Source: an uncultured Singulisphaera sp.
Lineage (GTDB): Bacteria; Planctomycetota; Planctomycetia; Gemmatales; Gemmataceae
Assembly: GCA_964484265.1 (NCBI GenBank)
Contig: CAZAFH010000108.1
Location: 1-27,249, forward strand
Reading direction: 5' to 3'
Length of the DNA: 27,249 nt
Shown: positions 1 to 8,666 of the stretch, piece after piece
Layout of the letters: every line of letters starts with the position of its first letter
Position numbering within the stretch: position 1 is the stretch's first letter
Translations under genes and position numbers: made by a program
The notes under the pieces: model-generated
Seen by the model: only the letters and a program-made list of their open reading frames with translations
Told to the model about the DNA's origin: nothing
Database searches by the model: none

Positions 1-843
1 AAACTAGCCTTTTCCACGAACGCTTACCTCAACTTCTCCTTTGCCGAGACCTGTCATCGGCTCGCGCGCATCGGGTATACCGGTGTCGAGATCATGGCGG
101 ATGTGCCGCATGCTTGGCCGGCTTATATGCTCGACGAGCAACTGCAGGGCATCAAGCGGGCGCTGAGCGACAACAAGCTCGCAATCTCCAACATCAACGC
201 GTTCATGATGCATGCCGTCAACGACCCTCGGCAAAAATACTGGTATCCGTCGTGGATCGAACCGGATCGGCACTATCGCCAGATTCGCATCGATCACACC
301 AAGCGTGCACTGACGCTCGCCAGGCAACTCGGGGCGCCGTGCATCACCACCGAACCCGGCGGGCCTGTCGAAGCGGGGCAGTCGTGGGCGTCGGCACTTA
401 AGCTGTTTGTCGAGATGATCAAGCCGGTGGCGGAACACGCGGAGAAGGAAGGCGTGCTGTTGCTCGTCGAACCAGAACCGGGGTTGCTGATCGAGACCGC
501 CGACCAGTTCCTCGAATTCATGCAGCACATTCAATCGCCGGCGGTGGGATTGAACTTCGACATCGGCCATTCGTACTGCGTGTCCGACGATCCCGCCACG
601 ACGATCCCGCGCGTCGCCAAGTACATTCGGCACTTCCACCTCGAAGACATCGCCGCCACGCGCGTGCATCATCACATGGTGCCCGGCGACGGAGCGATTG
701 ATTTCGCGGCTTGCCTACGTGCCATCCGTGCGATCAACTACAATGACTGGGTGACGATCGAACTCTATCCCTACATCGACAACCCCGACCACGCGGCCCA
801 GACGGCGCTCGAACGGGTGCAGAAAATAGTTGCTAGTTGTTAG
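1..843 (+). CDS. Sugar phosphate isomerase/epimerase (xylose-isomerase-like TIM barrel), 5'-truncated by the window edge
   Basis: Frame 1 is open from base 1 (KLAFSTNAYLNFSFAETCHRLARIGYTGVEIMADVPHAW...), so the ATG listed at 94 is internal. Stop TAG is at 841-843. Family-typical strings: LLLVEPEPGLLIET, NFDIGH, IRHFHLEDI, DWVTIELYP. Confidence 0.85.
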   Translation, partial: KLAFSTNAYLNFSFAETCHRLARIGYTGVEIMADVPHAWPAYMLDEQLQGIKRALSDNKLAISNINAFMMHAVNDPRQKYWYPSWIEPDRHYRQIRIDHTKRALTLARQLGAPCITTEPGGPVEAGQSWASALKLFVEMIKPVAEHAEKEGVLLLVEPEPGLLIETADQFLEFMQHIQSPAVGLNFDIGHSYCVSDDPATTIPRVAKYIRHFHLEDIAATRVHHHMVPGDGAIDFAACLRAIRAINYNDWVTIELYPYIDNPDHAAQTALERVQKIVASC

Positions 844-910
844 TTGTCAGTTGTTAGTAGTGGAATGCAAGTATCAATCCGTACAACTGACAACTAACAA
901 CTGACAACTC
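828..910. repeat. Inverted pair of 4x heptamer tandem arrays (AGTTGYN x4 / ACAACTN x4) forming a long imperfect hairpin
   Basis: Left arm 828-857: agttgct agttgtt agttgtc agttgtt ag. Right arm 883-910: acaactg acaacta acaactg acaactc. The arms are reverse complements at about 24 of 26 positions, with a ~25-nt spacer. The stop codon of the upstream gene (841-843) lies inside the left arm. Confidence 0.85.
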
Positions 911-920
911 GGACCACCCA

Positions 921-1844
921 ATGAAACACCTGCTCGCCTTTGCTCAGCTCGTTCGGTTGCCGAACACGTTTTCGGCGCTGGCGGATATTTGTTTCGGCGG
1001 TATCGCGACCGGACTGGCGCTGACGCATTGGCCGACGTTTGTCTGCTTGCTGGGCTGCTCGATGCTGTTGTACTGGTCGGGCATGGTGTGGAACGATTAT
1101 TTCGATGTTCTCGAAGATCGCCGTGATCGGCCCGGGCGTCCGCTGCCGTCGGGGCGTGTGTCGATGCGGACGGCGTTGCTGTTGGGCAGCGCGTTGATGA
1201 TCGGCGGCCTGTTGTTGGCGCTGGCGGCGGACATGCGTTTCGATGAAGAAGGCATGCAGTTGCGCTGGCGTTCGTTCCCGATCGCGTGCATGCTGGTCGT
1301 GACGATTTTTCTTTACGACGGCGTATTCAAAGCGACCTTTCTCGGGCCGGTGTTCATGGGCCTGTGTCGGCTGCTCAATATCCTTCTCGGTCTGTCGATA
1401 CTCGGCGCCTGGCCGCCCGGTTGGGGTTGGCTCGTGGCGATAGTCGTCGGCACGTACATCGCGGGAATCACCTGGTTTGCACGCACCGAGGCGGAGATGA
1501 GCAGCCAAACGATGTTGCTGGCGGCGGCGGTCTGCATACTCATTAGCCTGGTGCTGGCGTTATCCGTGGCGGCGCTAGCGACCGAGGCGGCGGGGAATTT
1601 CGAGCCTTCCCCGTTGTTCGTTTACGCTCTGGCCGCGTTCGGCTCTTACCTGGGCGTTGCCGTCTATCGCGCGATCCGTCGGCCCGAACCTCGCTTCGTG
1701 CAGCTTGTCATCAAGCGGGGGATTCTTGGACTGGTCGTGCTGGATGCGATTCTCGTAAGCGCTTTCGTTGGCAGCGTCGGGCTTTTGCTTGCAGTGTTGC
1801 TCGTTCCAGGCATGATCCTCGGGCGGTGGGTGTACTCGACGTGA
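921..1844 (+). CDS. UbiA-family aromatic/polyprenyl prenyltransferase (integral membrane)
   Basis: ATG at 921. First Asp-rich UbiA motif NDYFDVLEDRRDRPGRPLPSGRVS. About 8-9 hydrophobic helices across 307 aa. Confidence 0.9.
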   Translation: MKHLLAFAQLVRLPNTFSALADICFGGIATGLALTHWPTFVCLLGCSMLLYWSGMVWNDYFDVLEDRRDRPGRPLPSGRVSMRTALLLGSALMIGGLLLALAADMRFDEEGMQLRWRSFPIACMLVVTIFLYDGVFKATFLGPVFMGLCRLLNILLGLSILGAWPPGWGWLVAIVVGTYIAGITWFARTEAEMSSQTMLLAAAVCILISLVLALSVAALATEAAGNFEPSPLFVYALAAFGSYLGVAVYRAIRRPEPRFVQLVIKRGILGLVVLDAILVSAFVGSVGLLLAVLLVPGMILGRWVYST

Positions 1845-1858
1845 TGCAACTGAATTAA

Positions 1859-1919
1859 CCCCGAAGGGGTTTTGGTCCCAAAGCCCAGGGTCGCGAGCGC
1901 CAGCGAGCGCACCCTGGGT
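1859..1919. repeat. Left outer inverted repeat of the RAYT unit (61 bp)
   Basis: ccccgaaggggttttggtcccaaagcccagggtcgcgagcgccagcgagcgcaccctgggt. It contains an internal 8-bp stem, CCCAGGGT...ACCCTGGG. Confidence 0.9.
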
Positions 1920-1972
1920 GACCAGCCCGCGCAAGAACGTACCCCGAAGGGGTTCCATCAACGGAGCGTACC

Positions 1973-2428
1973 ATGCCGCAATCGCTCGCGCAGATTTATG
2001 TACACATTGTTTTCTCCACCAAAAGCCGACATCCATTTTTGCAGGACGCATCGATCCGCGACGAATTGCACAATTATCTCGGAGGCACCGTGAACAATCT
2101 CGATTGTCCGGTGCTTCGCGTCGGCGGTGTTGCCGATCACGTTCACATCCTTTGCCGCCTGGGCAAAACTAAATCCATCGCGGATCTTGTCAAGGAATTA
2201 AAACGTGAATCATCGCAATGGATCAAAACGAAAGTGGCAAACCTCCACGACTTCTACTGGCAGAGCGGCTATTGCGCATTCTCCATCAGCCCCGGCCACG
2301 TCGAGGCATTGCGAACCTACATCGCGAATCAAGAAGAGCATCACCGAATCGAATCCTTCCAGGACGAGTTTCGGCGACTGCTGACCATGTACAGCCTTCA
2401 ATGGGACGAGCGGTACGTGTGGGATTAG
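1973..2428 (+). CDS. Y1 HUH transposase, IS200-like / RAYT family (151 aa)
   Basis: N-terminus MPQSLAQIYVHIVFSTKSRHPFL. HUH motif in DHVHILCRL. Tyr-containing motif FYWQSGYCAFSISP. C-terminus YIANQEEHH. The size is typical of the family. Confidence 0.85.
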   Translation: MPQSLAQIYVHIVFSTKSRHPFLQDASIRDELHNYLGGTVNNLDCPVLRVGGVADHVHILCRLGKTKSIADLVKELKRESSQWIKTKVANLHDFYWQSGYCAFSISPGHVEALRTYIANQEEHHRIESFQDEFRRLLTMYSLQWDERYVWD

Positions 2429-2471
2429 TTTATGGAACCCCTTCGGGGTACTCGCGGTTTCGGAAATGTTT

Positions 2472-2532
2472 ACCCAGGGTGCGCTCGCTGGCGCTCGCGA
2501 CCCTGGGCTTTGGGACCAAAACCCCTTCGGGG
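2472..2532. repeat. Right outer inverted repeat of the RAYT unit (61 bp)
   Basis: acccagggtgcgctcgctggcgctcgcgaccctgggctttgggaccaaaaccccttcgggg is the exact reverse complement of 1859-1919. Confidence 0.9.
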
Positions 2533-2603
2533 TAAAATGCGGATGCCTGACAAACGTATGACCTCCACTTGCAATAACGCCCCTCTCACGTCACAATAAC
2601 TCA

Positions 2604-3689
2604 ATGAACTCGGCATTGTTAGAACCAGCAATCGTCCGCACGGCGACGCCTTTCCGGATCGGTAGTCTCACGCTCCAATCGCGCTACTGCCTGTCGCCTC
2701 TTGCTGGCTACACGAACCTGCCGTTCCGCGTTGTCGTGCGTGAGCTCGGCGGGTTGGGTTTGGCGACGACCGAACTCGTCAGCTCGCGCGCGCTGCTGAT
2801 GGGCAGCAAACGGACGAACGAATTCATCGAGACCTGTGCCGGCGACGCACCGCTCGCTGCCCAAATTTACGGGTCCGATGGACGCGAACTCGGCGAGGCG
2901 GCGCAGTGGCTGGAAAACTACGGCGTCGCTGCCGTCGATATCAACATGGGTTGTCCGGTCAACAAGGTCGTCAAGAACGGCGGCGGTTCGGCGCTGATGT
3001 GCAATGCCGTCGGTACGACGGCGCTTGTCAAGCAAGTCGTGGAAGCAGTCAAGATACCCGTCACTGTCAAAATGCGGCTCGGCTGGGATGAACTCAACCT
3101 CACCGCGCCGCGTTTGGCGGCCAGTTTTGAACAAGTCGGCGTCGCCGCGGTGACGATTCATGGCCGAACGCGCGAGCAAGGCTTCTCGGGGCAGGTGAAT
3201 TTGGCGGGCATCCGCGCCGTCGTCGAGGCGGTCGAGAGCATGCCGATCATCGGGAATGGCGACGTGCGAACCATCGCCGCCGCCGAACGCATGTTTCACG
3301 AGACGGGCTGTGCCGCCGTGGGCATTGGTCGCGGGGCGTTGCTGAACCCGTGGATCTTCGCGCAGCTTTGCTCGGCGGAGTGCACCGGTCAGCCGGGCAC
3401 GATTCCGTCGTACTACGATCACCTCGGATTCATGGGTCGGCATTTCCGCCGGCTCGTGGAGCAGCGTGGCGAACGCGGCGCGAGCCTGACGTTTCGCAAG
3501 TTCGGCGGCTGGTATTCGCGTGTGTTGAAACCGGGAAAGGAATTGCATCAACGAATCATGATGCTCAATGGCGTCGACGATTTTGACGACATTGTTCGGC
3601 TGTTGGAAGAGAAAGGCCCGCCAACGACATGGAAGGCGGGCGAGATGCCGGAGATCGCCGTGCCCAAGGGGCCGATCTCGCACTGGTAA
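2604..3689 (+). CDS. dus: tRNA-dihydrouridine synthase (Dus family)
   Basis: Motifs DINMGCPVNKVVKNGGGSALM, VTVKMRLGWD, VTIHGRTREQ, IIGNGDV. 361 aa. The specific paralogue (DusA/B/C) cannot be assigned by eye. Confidence 0.9.
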   Translation: MNSALLEPAIVRTATPFRIGSLTLQSRYCLSPLAGYTNLPFRVVVRELGGLGLATTELVSSRALLMGSKRTNEFIETCAGDAPLAAQIYGSDGRELGEAAQWLENYGVAAVDINMGCPVNKVVKNGGGSALMCNAVGTTALVKQVVEAVKIPVTVKMRLGWDELNLTAPRLAASFEQVGVAAVTIHGRTREQGFSGQVNLAGIRAVVEAVESMPIIGNGDVRTIAAAERMFHETGCAAVGIGRGALLNPWIFAQLCSAECTGQPGTIPSYYDHLGFMGRHFRRLVEQRGERGASLTFRKFGGWYSRVLKPGKELHQRIMMLNGVDDFDDIVRLLEEKGPPTTWKAGEMPEIAVPKGPISHW

Positions 3690-3732
3690 GATCCCAGGGA
3701 TTCGCTGCGCTCATCCCCGGGCGTATCATTAT

Positions 3733-5406
3733 TTACTGGCCGCCGACGGTTGGCCGAGTTCCGCCTCCGGTGACGGTGATGACGGTGGCACGCGGCTCGG
3801 TGGTATCGATGACAATCGGCTGGCGCGAGGTGTCATGGGCGATATTTCCAGCCTTGTCCGCGACGTCGATCTTGAAGAAGAACTGCGAGCCGGCTTCGCG
3901 CGGGAACGCCCAGCGGTACGAACCATCGTTCTTGATCCCGCGAGCGATGACCTGCCAGGGACCATCCGCCTGCGTGCGATAAGAGAGCGTCACCGGTTCG
4001 GTCCCCAGGTTCTTATCCGTGGCGTTCCAGCGAATCTCAACTTCCTTGCTGGCGGGCAGCACTTCGGCCGACCGCAGTTGCACGTAGGGGCTGGTGGTAT
4101 CGACTTCGATCAGACAGTGCGGCGCGTCGCCCGCAACGGGAGCTCGGCCGCCGAAACCGTTGCCATTCGTCACGGCAATGCGGATGCCGTACACGCCATC
4201 GCCGGGCAGTTTGATATTCGCGGGGCTGCGTTTGTCGGTGTCTTCGCCGAGGCGATGCCAGCTTTGGCCGTTGTTCGTGGTCATATACACTTCCACGCGA
4301 CCCACGCCGCTCGGCCCAACCTCGTCGAGCCGATATTCGATCGACGCATGTTCGGTGTTGATGAGTTGATGCGTCTTGCCACGATTGTCGGTATTGGCTG
4401 GTTCGCTCGGCGGCGGATTTTGCGTAAAGACGGGAATCTTGGGCGTGACCGGCGGTTTCACTTCATTTGGGGACGGATTCAGATTCGGGATAGGCAGAGG
4501 ATCGGCCGGCGTTGAGAACTCGGGCCGGTTGACCTCCACTTTTGCCGGCGGAATCGGTACGGGAACTTCGACTGGTGCGACCGGCAATTCGCCTCGCGGC
4601 GCTGGCAAGACTGCGGGAAGCGATGGAGCGGTTGGCACGATCTTGCTCGGCGTGTCGATCTTCGGAGCCGGTAGTCCGCCGCGAAAATCGGATCGGCTCG
4701 TGAGTGCGATATCCGTCTTCGGAACCGACGGCGCCTTCACCACCGTCGTCAAGTCGAATTCCCGCGCGGCGCTGTTGCCTGCCAAATCTCGGCCGGTCAC
4801 GACGACAGGAAATTGCGACGCTTCCGTCGAACGGACGTGGAAGACACCCGGCTGGCCAGGAACCGCTTCCAGCGGAATCGGTCCGCTAGGCGTCTTGTAC
4901 GTGGCCTTTAGGCTCTTGAGATCGGGATGCGCGTCTTCGAGCGTGCATCGGAGCGTTACTTCGCCGCCAGGCGTGGAGGCCGGATTCGCTTGAATGACCG
5001 GCGGAGTCGTGTCGATGACGACGCATTGGCTCGGTGGTTCCTTATTGAGATCCGGGGGCGCCATTCGACCGGCCTTGTCCACCACGACGAGCGTGTACCA
5101 GTATTCGCCGTCGGCGTTGATTTTGCAATTGAATCGCGTGGTGTGGTTCGGCATGCTTTCTTGCAGCCGCCACTCCGTTGAAGGCGTCCGCACGTACAAG
5201 CGAATCTCTTTCAATGCCAGCCGGTGCTCTTGCGGCATATCGACAGGTAGATCGAACACGCGCACGTTGGTCACGTGTTTCGCCGGCATGCCCGCATTCA
5301 TTGGCTGCGCGGGCGCGATGCTTGTTGCACTCAAAAGCGTCATGGCGAGAACGCCCGCGTGAATAGTCCGCATCGTCCAGCGCTTTAGGCAGTTTGCTAG
5401 TTTCAT
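3733..5406 (-). CDS. Secreted repeat protein: four Ig-like modules and a central Pro-rich hinge (unknown function)
   Basis: ATG at 5406 follows GGGAG. N-terminal signal-like segment HAGVLAMTLLSATSIAPAQP. Four modules share ends of the type D(K/L)AGN...(I/V)DTTxP: VVDKAGRMA..VVIDTTPPV; GRDLAGNSA; IEVDTTSPY; VADKAGNIA..IVIDTTEPR. A P-rich linker of about 100 aa separates modules 2 and 3. Confidence 0.7.
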   Translation of the reverse strand: MKLANCLKRWTMRTIHAGVLAMTLLSATSIAPAQPMNAGMPAKHVTNVRVFDLPVDMPQEHRLALKEIRLYVRTPSTEWRLQESMPNHTTRFNCKINADGEYWYTLVVVDKAGRMAPPDLNKEPPSQCVVIDTTPPVIQANPASTPGGEVTLRCTLEDAHPDLKSLKATYKTPSGPIPLEAVPGQPGVFHVRSTEASQFPVVVTGRDLAGNSAAREFDLTTVVKAPSVPKTDIALTSRSDFRGGLPAPKIDTPSKIVPTAPSLPAVLPAPRGELPVAPVEVPVPIPPAKVEVNRPEFSTPADPLPIPNLNPSPNEVKPPVTPKIPVFTQNPPPSEPANTDNRGKTHQLINTEHASIEYRLDEVGPSGVGRVEVYMTTNNGQSWHRLGEDTDKRSPANIKLPGDGVYGIRIAVTNGNGFGGRAPVAGDAPHCLIEVDTTSPYVQLRSAEVLPASKEVEIRWNATDKNLGTEPVTLSYRTQADGPWQVIARGIKNDGSYRWAFPREAGSQFFFKIDVADKAGNIAHDTSRQPIVIDTTEPRATVITVTGGGTRPTVGGQ

Positions 5407-5732
5407 TCCCCAACTCCCGATAAGGAAGGACTATCCGCGCTTGAACCGCCATCCCCGAACGGTTCTCCCCGCGCGACTTCATTACGATTGTGATGGCGGG
5501 CCTATAAACGAGATTGAAAAAGCCGTCAAGAGGAAATAATGAAATTTGTGTTTTTGGCGAGCCAGAGGCGCAACGCGGCAGAACCGCAACCAAGTTGGTC
5601 CCGCGAGCCGAGCGGGACCGGGGGACCGTAAAGACTCTCAGGGTTCAAGAGGTCCGGATCGGCTCGCCGAACCTACTATAGGAACGAGAATTCCTCCGGT
5701 CGCTTACGCTCCCGGCCCGCCCGAGTAGCAAG

Positions 5733-7721
5733 CTACTTGTCGAATTCGAAGGCGCCAACGTCCGGCCCTTTGCCTCGATGGTCGTCGTTGATTCCGCGCA
5801 GAACCACGCCACGATCGATGCATGGACTGCCGGGGCGTAGGTGCAGGCCGCCGGTAGTCACGCTGGCGGCGAGCAGTGCGGAGAACGGCGTGTCCAATGC
5901 GGGCGTGGCGAATTTGCCCGCGTCGCCTGCGTCCACGAAAAGCGGGTCGGCGTAAAAGCCGTGCGTTTCCTGGCCGACGGCCTTGGCGAAGAGTGCGATC
6001 GTGTTGTAGGTCGTTTTGCCAGCCTGGAAGCGGCGCGGCGCGCGATTGGGAATGTGATAGTAGCAGTTGTAGTCGAGTTCGTTGTCTTTGCGCCAGGCGC
6101 GGACGCACCATTCATTGACGATGACGATGTTGTTTTTGAAAACCTTGTTCGTGCAAGGCAGCGTGGGCGAGAAGCTGACGCCCGTGCCGCCGTCGTCGCC
6201 GCGCGACAGACTGTAGCCCGCGTTGTGGTAAATGTAGGTCCAGCCGTGCGACACCGTGCCGCCGACGTTGAACTTGATAAACAGGCCGAAGAACGTGGCA
6301 GTGTTGCGCGTCACGTACACCGGTCCGCGTTCGATCGGCGCGAGTGAGAGCGCCGTTCGGCAATTGCGAATCGTATTGCCGTGGATGCGCATGTTGACGC
6401 CGCCGCCGTCGGCCTCGATGGCGTCGTCGGAAGCATTGTAGAGCGTGTTGAACGAGATGTCGCAATCCCGGTTGTACTGGATTTTCGATACATTCTTCCA
6501 CGATTCGACGGAGATCAAATCAAAGTAACCGTGAATAGTATTGTGACAAAACGAGTTCCCGCGCCCTGCCTTGTCGCAGTAGATCGCCTGGTTGGCGTAG
6601 GCGATGGCGTAATGAGCAGTCCAGCCAAAGTCGGCGGCGCCGCGTTCATAGATTTCGTTTTTCCAGATGGCGTTGTCGCGAGTCGTTTCGCTTTTCATGA
6701 AGATCGCGCCGGGGCTATTGTGGATTGTGTTTTCATACAGCACGCAACCAGCCGCCCCGTCGGACAAACGCACAGCGGCTGAGCCGTAGTACCGCATGGT
6801 CAGCCCGCGAATGACGACGTTCTTCGCCCCGCTGAGGTAAAACGCGTAATCATGCTGGGCGAGATTGTATGCGTGCTCACTTGGCGCTTTTCCCGAACCG
6901 GTGCGGACATAGAGCCTCTTGGCCTTGGCGTCGTGGAACCATGCTCGCCTTGCTTTCTGCTTGTCCGCCCTCAGATCGGCGAGAGTCGGATACGGAAACA
7001 TTCGTAATCCGTCCTGGGCGGCATAATTAGCGAACACGGGAACGGCAATGGAAAAGATGCCGTTGCCCTCATCCTTCCAGCCGGCATGCCCCTTGGCAAC
7101 TTCACGGCTGCTGTCGAGCACCGGTTTCGCGCCCGGGGCGGCGGCGATCACGATCGGCTTCGCCTCGGTCCCCTTCAATCCCGCGAAGAGATTCGCCTCG
7201 GCGTAAACGCCATCGTGCACCAGCAGCGTGTCGCCCGGCTGCAGCTTCGTTTTGGCATGGGAAAATGTCTTAAAGGGTTTTTCCTTAGTCCCTAAATTAA
7301 CATCCAAGCCGGAGGGACTGACATGGAACGTGTTTCCCGCAGGCGCAAACTGAAACTTCCGCGTGGTCACGCTGCCCGCCCAGGCAAGTTTTACTTTGTC
7401 CTTTTGATCGGGATCGTGGAAGAGAATCCGAACCTCAATCTTTTCGCCTTGCTCCAGGGGCCAAATACTCGCCCAGATGAGCTTGCGGTTGCGGTCGAAC
7501 GTCATGTCCACGCCATTGCGCCACGCGGCATCGCCCGCTCTTCGCCACGTGAACGACGCCTGCGCGTTGCCATTGTCGTCGTCGCTGTAGGCCGCCTCGA
7601 TGCCCACGGCTGCGTGAGTTGGATAGAGTTCGACCTTGCCCGGTTTGATGACTGCATCCGCTCGCGCGATGCCATGAAGTACGAAACCAAGCATGACGCA
7701 AATTACCAGACGGCAAGGCAT
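5733..7721 (-). CDS. Secreted right-handed parallel beta-helix repeat protein (pectate-lyase-fold / DUF1565-like)
   Basis: Signal peptide MPCRLVICVMLGFVLHGIARADA. Entry motif FHVSPSGLDVNLGTKEKPFKTFSHAKTKLQPGDTLLVHDGVY. Recurrent beta-helix turns: NTIHNSPG, HNTIHGYFD, HGNTIRNCRT, FKNNIVIVN. Confidence 0.8.
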   Translation of the reverse strand: MPCRLVICVMLGFVLHGIARADAVIKPGKVELYPTHAAVGIEAAYSDDDNGNAQASFTWRRAGDAAWRNGVDMTFDRNRKLIWASIWPLEQGEKIEVRILFHDPDQKDKVKLAWAGSVTTRKFQFAPAGNTFHVSPSGLDVNLGTKEKPFKTFSHAKTKLQPGDTLLVHDGVYAEANLFAGLKGTEAKPIVIAAAPGAKPVLDSSREVAKGHAGWKDEGNGIFSIAVPVFANYAAQDGLRMFPYPTLADLRADKQKARRAWFHDAKAKRLYVRTGSGKAPSEHAYNLAQHDYAFYLSGAKNVVIRGLTMRYYGSAAVRLSDGAAGCVLYENTIHNSPGAIFMKSETTRDNAIWKNEIYERGAADFGWTAHYAIAYANQAIYCDKAGRGNSFCHNTIHGYFDLISVESWKNVSKIQYNRDCDISFNTLYNASDDAIEADGGGVNMRIHGNTIRNCRTALSLAPIERGPVYVTRNTATFFGLFIKFNVGGTVSHGWTYIYHNAGYSLSRGDDGGTGVSFSPTLPCTNKVFKNNIVIVNEWCVRAWRKDNELDYNCYYHIPNRAPRRFQAGKTTYNTIALFAKAVGQETHGFYADPLFVDAGDAGKFATPALDTPFSALLAASVTTGGLHLRPGSPCIDRGVVLRGINDDHRGKGPDVGAFEFDK

Positions 7722-7894
7722 GACAAACTCCGGGGTTATTCTGCTGAATGTGCTTCCTGCAGAGGCGGGATGAAAACCAGTAAAACGGCATTTTGGGCTA
7801 TGACACAGTGTATTCAGGCCTGTTGGATTTCAAAGACCGCGAAACGAAACGAGGATGTGTCTACTTGAAGCGTCGCCGGAATGAATGTCTACAG

Positions 7895-7918
7895 GCGCAA
7901 TCGTCCGTGAGATTGCGC
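7895..7918 (-). terminator. Possible intrinsic terminator hairpin downstream of the phosphoesterase gene (no U-tract)
   Basis: GCGCAATC-gtccgtga-GATTGCGC, an 8-bp perfect stem, lies about 35 nt past the stop at 7953. There is no T-run, so function is uncertain. Confidence 0.3.
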
Positions 7919-7952
7919 GTGAAGCGTGGAGAACCGTGCGGAAAAACCCAAA

Positions 7953-8666
7953 TCAACTCACGAGGATCGCCGGTTCCTCGGCTGGAACCATCTTGATCGT
8001 CGGCGCTTCGCTGAGCTGGAAGTTGCCGTCCTGAACCGTCAAGAAATGGCAATGGTGGTCAGTCCAGCAACCGGTATTGAAGTAAGCGGGAAACGTCAGG
8101 GTTTCGGGCGTCGGTTCCTCGGCGAAATGCGTGTGCCCACAGACGACGATATTGGCATTCTTTGCCTTCGCGTATTCGATCGCCTCGGTGCGCACGCGAT
8201 CGACGCAGCGCAGAAACGTCTTGCTGCTCCGCTTGGCGCTATTCGCCAAACGCCGGCTCCAGCGCTGGATCCGCAGATAAAACCAATCGGCGACGTGCGT
8301 AATCAGGGGATGGTCGGTCAGAAAGCGGTCCCACGCATCGCCATGAACGCATAGAACCTGCTTCCCGCCGGAATCGAATGTGTACTCAGGAACAAAGTTG
8401 GCGCCGATCAGATGAGCGACCGATTCGGCATCGAAATCATGGTTGCCGCGAACCCAGACGATCTCCATCTTGTCCGCCAGCTTGCGTAATTGCGAGAGGA
8501 CTTTCCAGTGCTGCTTCGTCAACCGGAATTCGGTATTTTCGAGCACGTCGCCAACAAGAATAAGCCTGTCCGTCGCGGGCAATGAATCGATGAACTCCTG
8601 CAGGGGCTCCACCTGACATGACTCGGCGCCAAGATGAAGATCGGAAATCAGGACGGCATCGAACAC
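7953..8666 (-). CDS. Calcineurin-like metallophosphoesterase, LpxH-like (UDP-2,3-diacylglucosamine diphosphatase-like)
   Basis: Metallophosphoesterase signature blocks: ISDLHLG, LVGDVLE, VRGNHD, VHGDAWD, CGHTH. The track start (TTG at 8684) is probably too long. AAGGAGG at 8673-8679 is followed 6 nt later by GTG (8666), giving MFDAVLISDLHLG. Confidence 0.8.
   Translation of the reverse strand: MFDAVLISDLHLGAESCQVEPLQEFIDSLPATDRLILVGDVLENTEFRLTKQHWKVLSQLRKLADKMEIVWVRGNHDFDAESVAHLIGANFVPEYTFDSGGKQVLCVHGDAWDRFLTDHPLITHVADWFYLRIQRWSRRLANSAKRSSKTFLRCVDRVRTEAIEYAKAKNANIVVCGHTHFAEEPTPETLTFPAYFNTGCWTDHHCHFLTVQDGNFQLSEAPTIKMVPAEEPAILVS

Larger units (their letters stand above)
1859..2532 (+). mobile_element. 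Single-gene IS200-like / REP-associated tyrosine transposase (RAYT) unit bounded by nested perfect inverted repeats
   Basis: The outer 61-bp arms (1859-1919 and 2472-2532) are exact reverse complements, as are the inner 20-bp arms (1939-1958 and 2432-2451). Every arm carries the mini-hairpin CCCC-GAA-GGGG. The unit fills the UbiA-dus intergenic gap. Confidence 0.75.

Noticed and set aside
2619-3683. 354-aa ORF on the minus strand, exactly antisense to the dus gene. Similar long antisense ORFs occur at 4-675, 10059-10880, 13741-14934, 16779-17564 and 22121-23596.
   Set aside because: These are Arg/Ala/Pro-rich shadow ORFs of the kind produced by high-GC codon bias opposite a real gene. None contains a recognisable motif, while the sense-strand genes carry clear family signatures.
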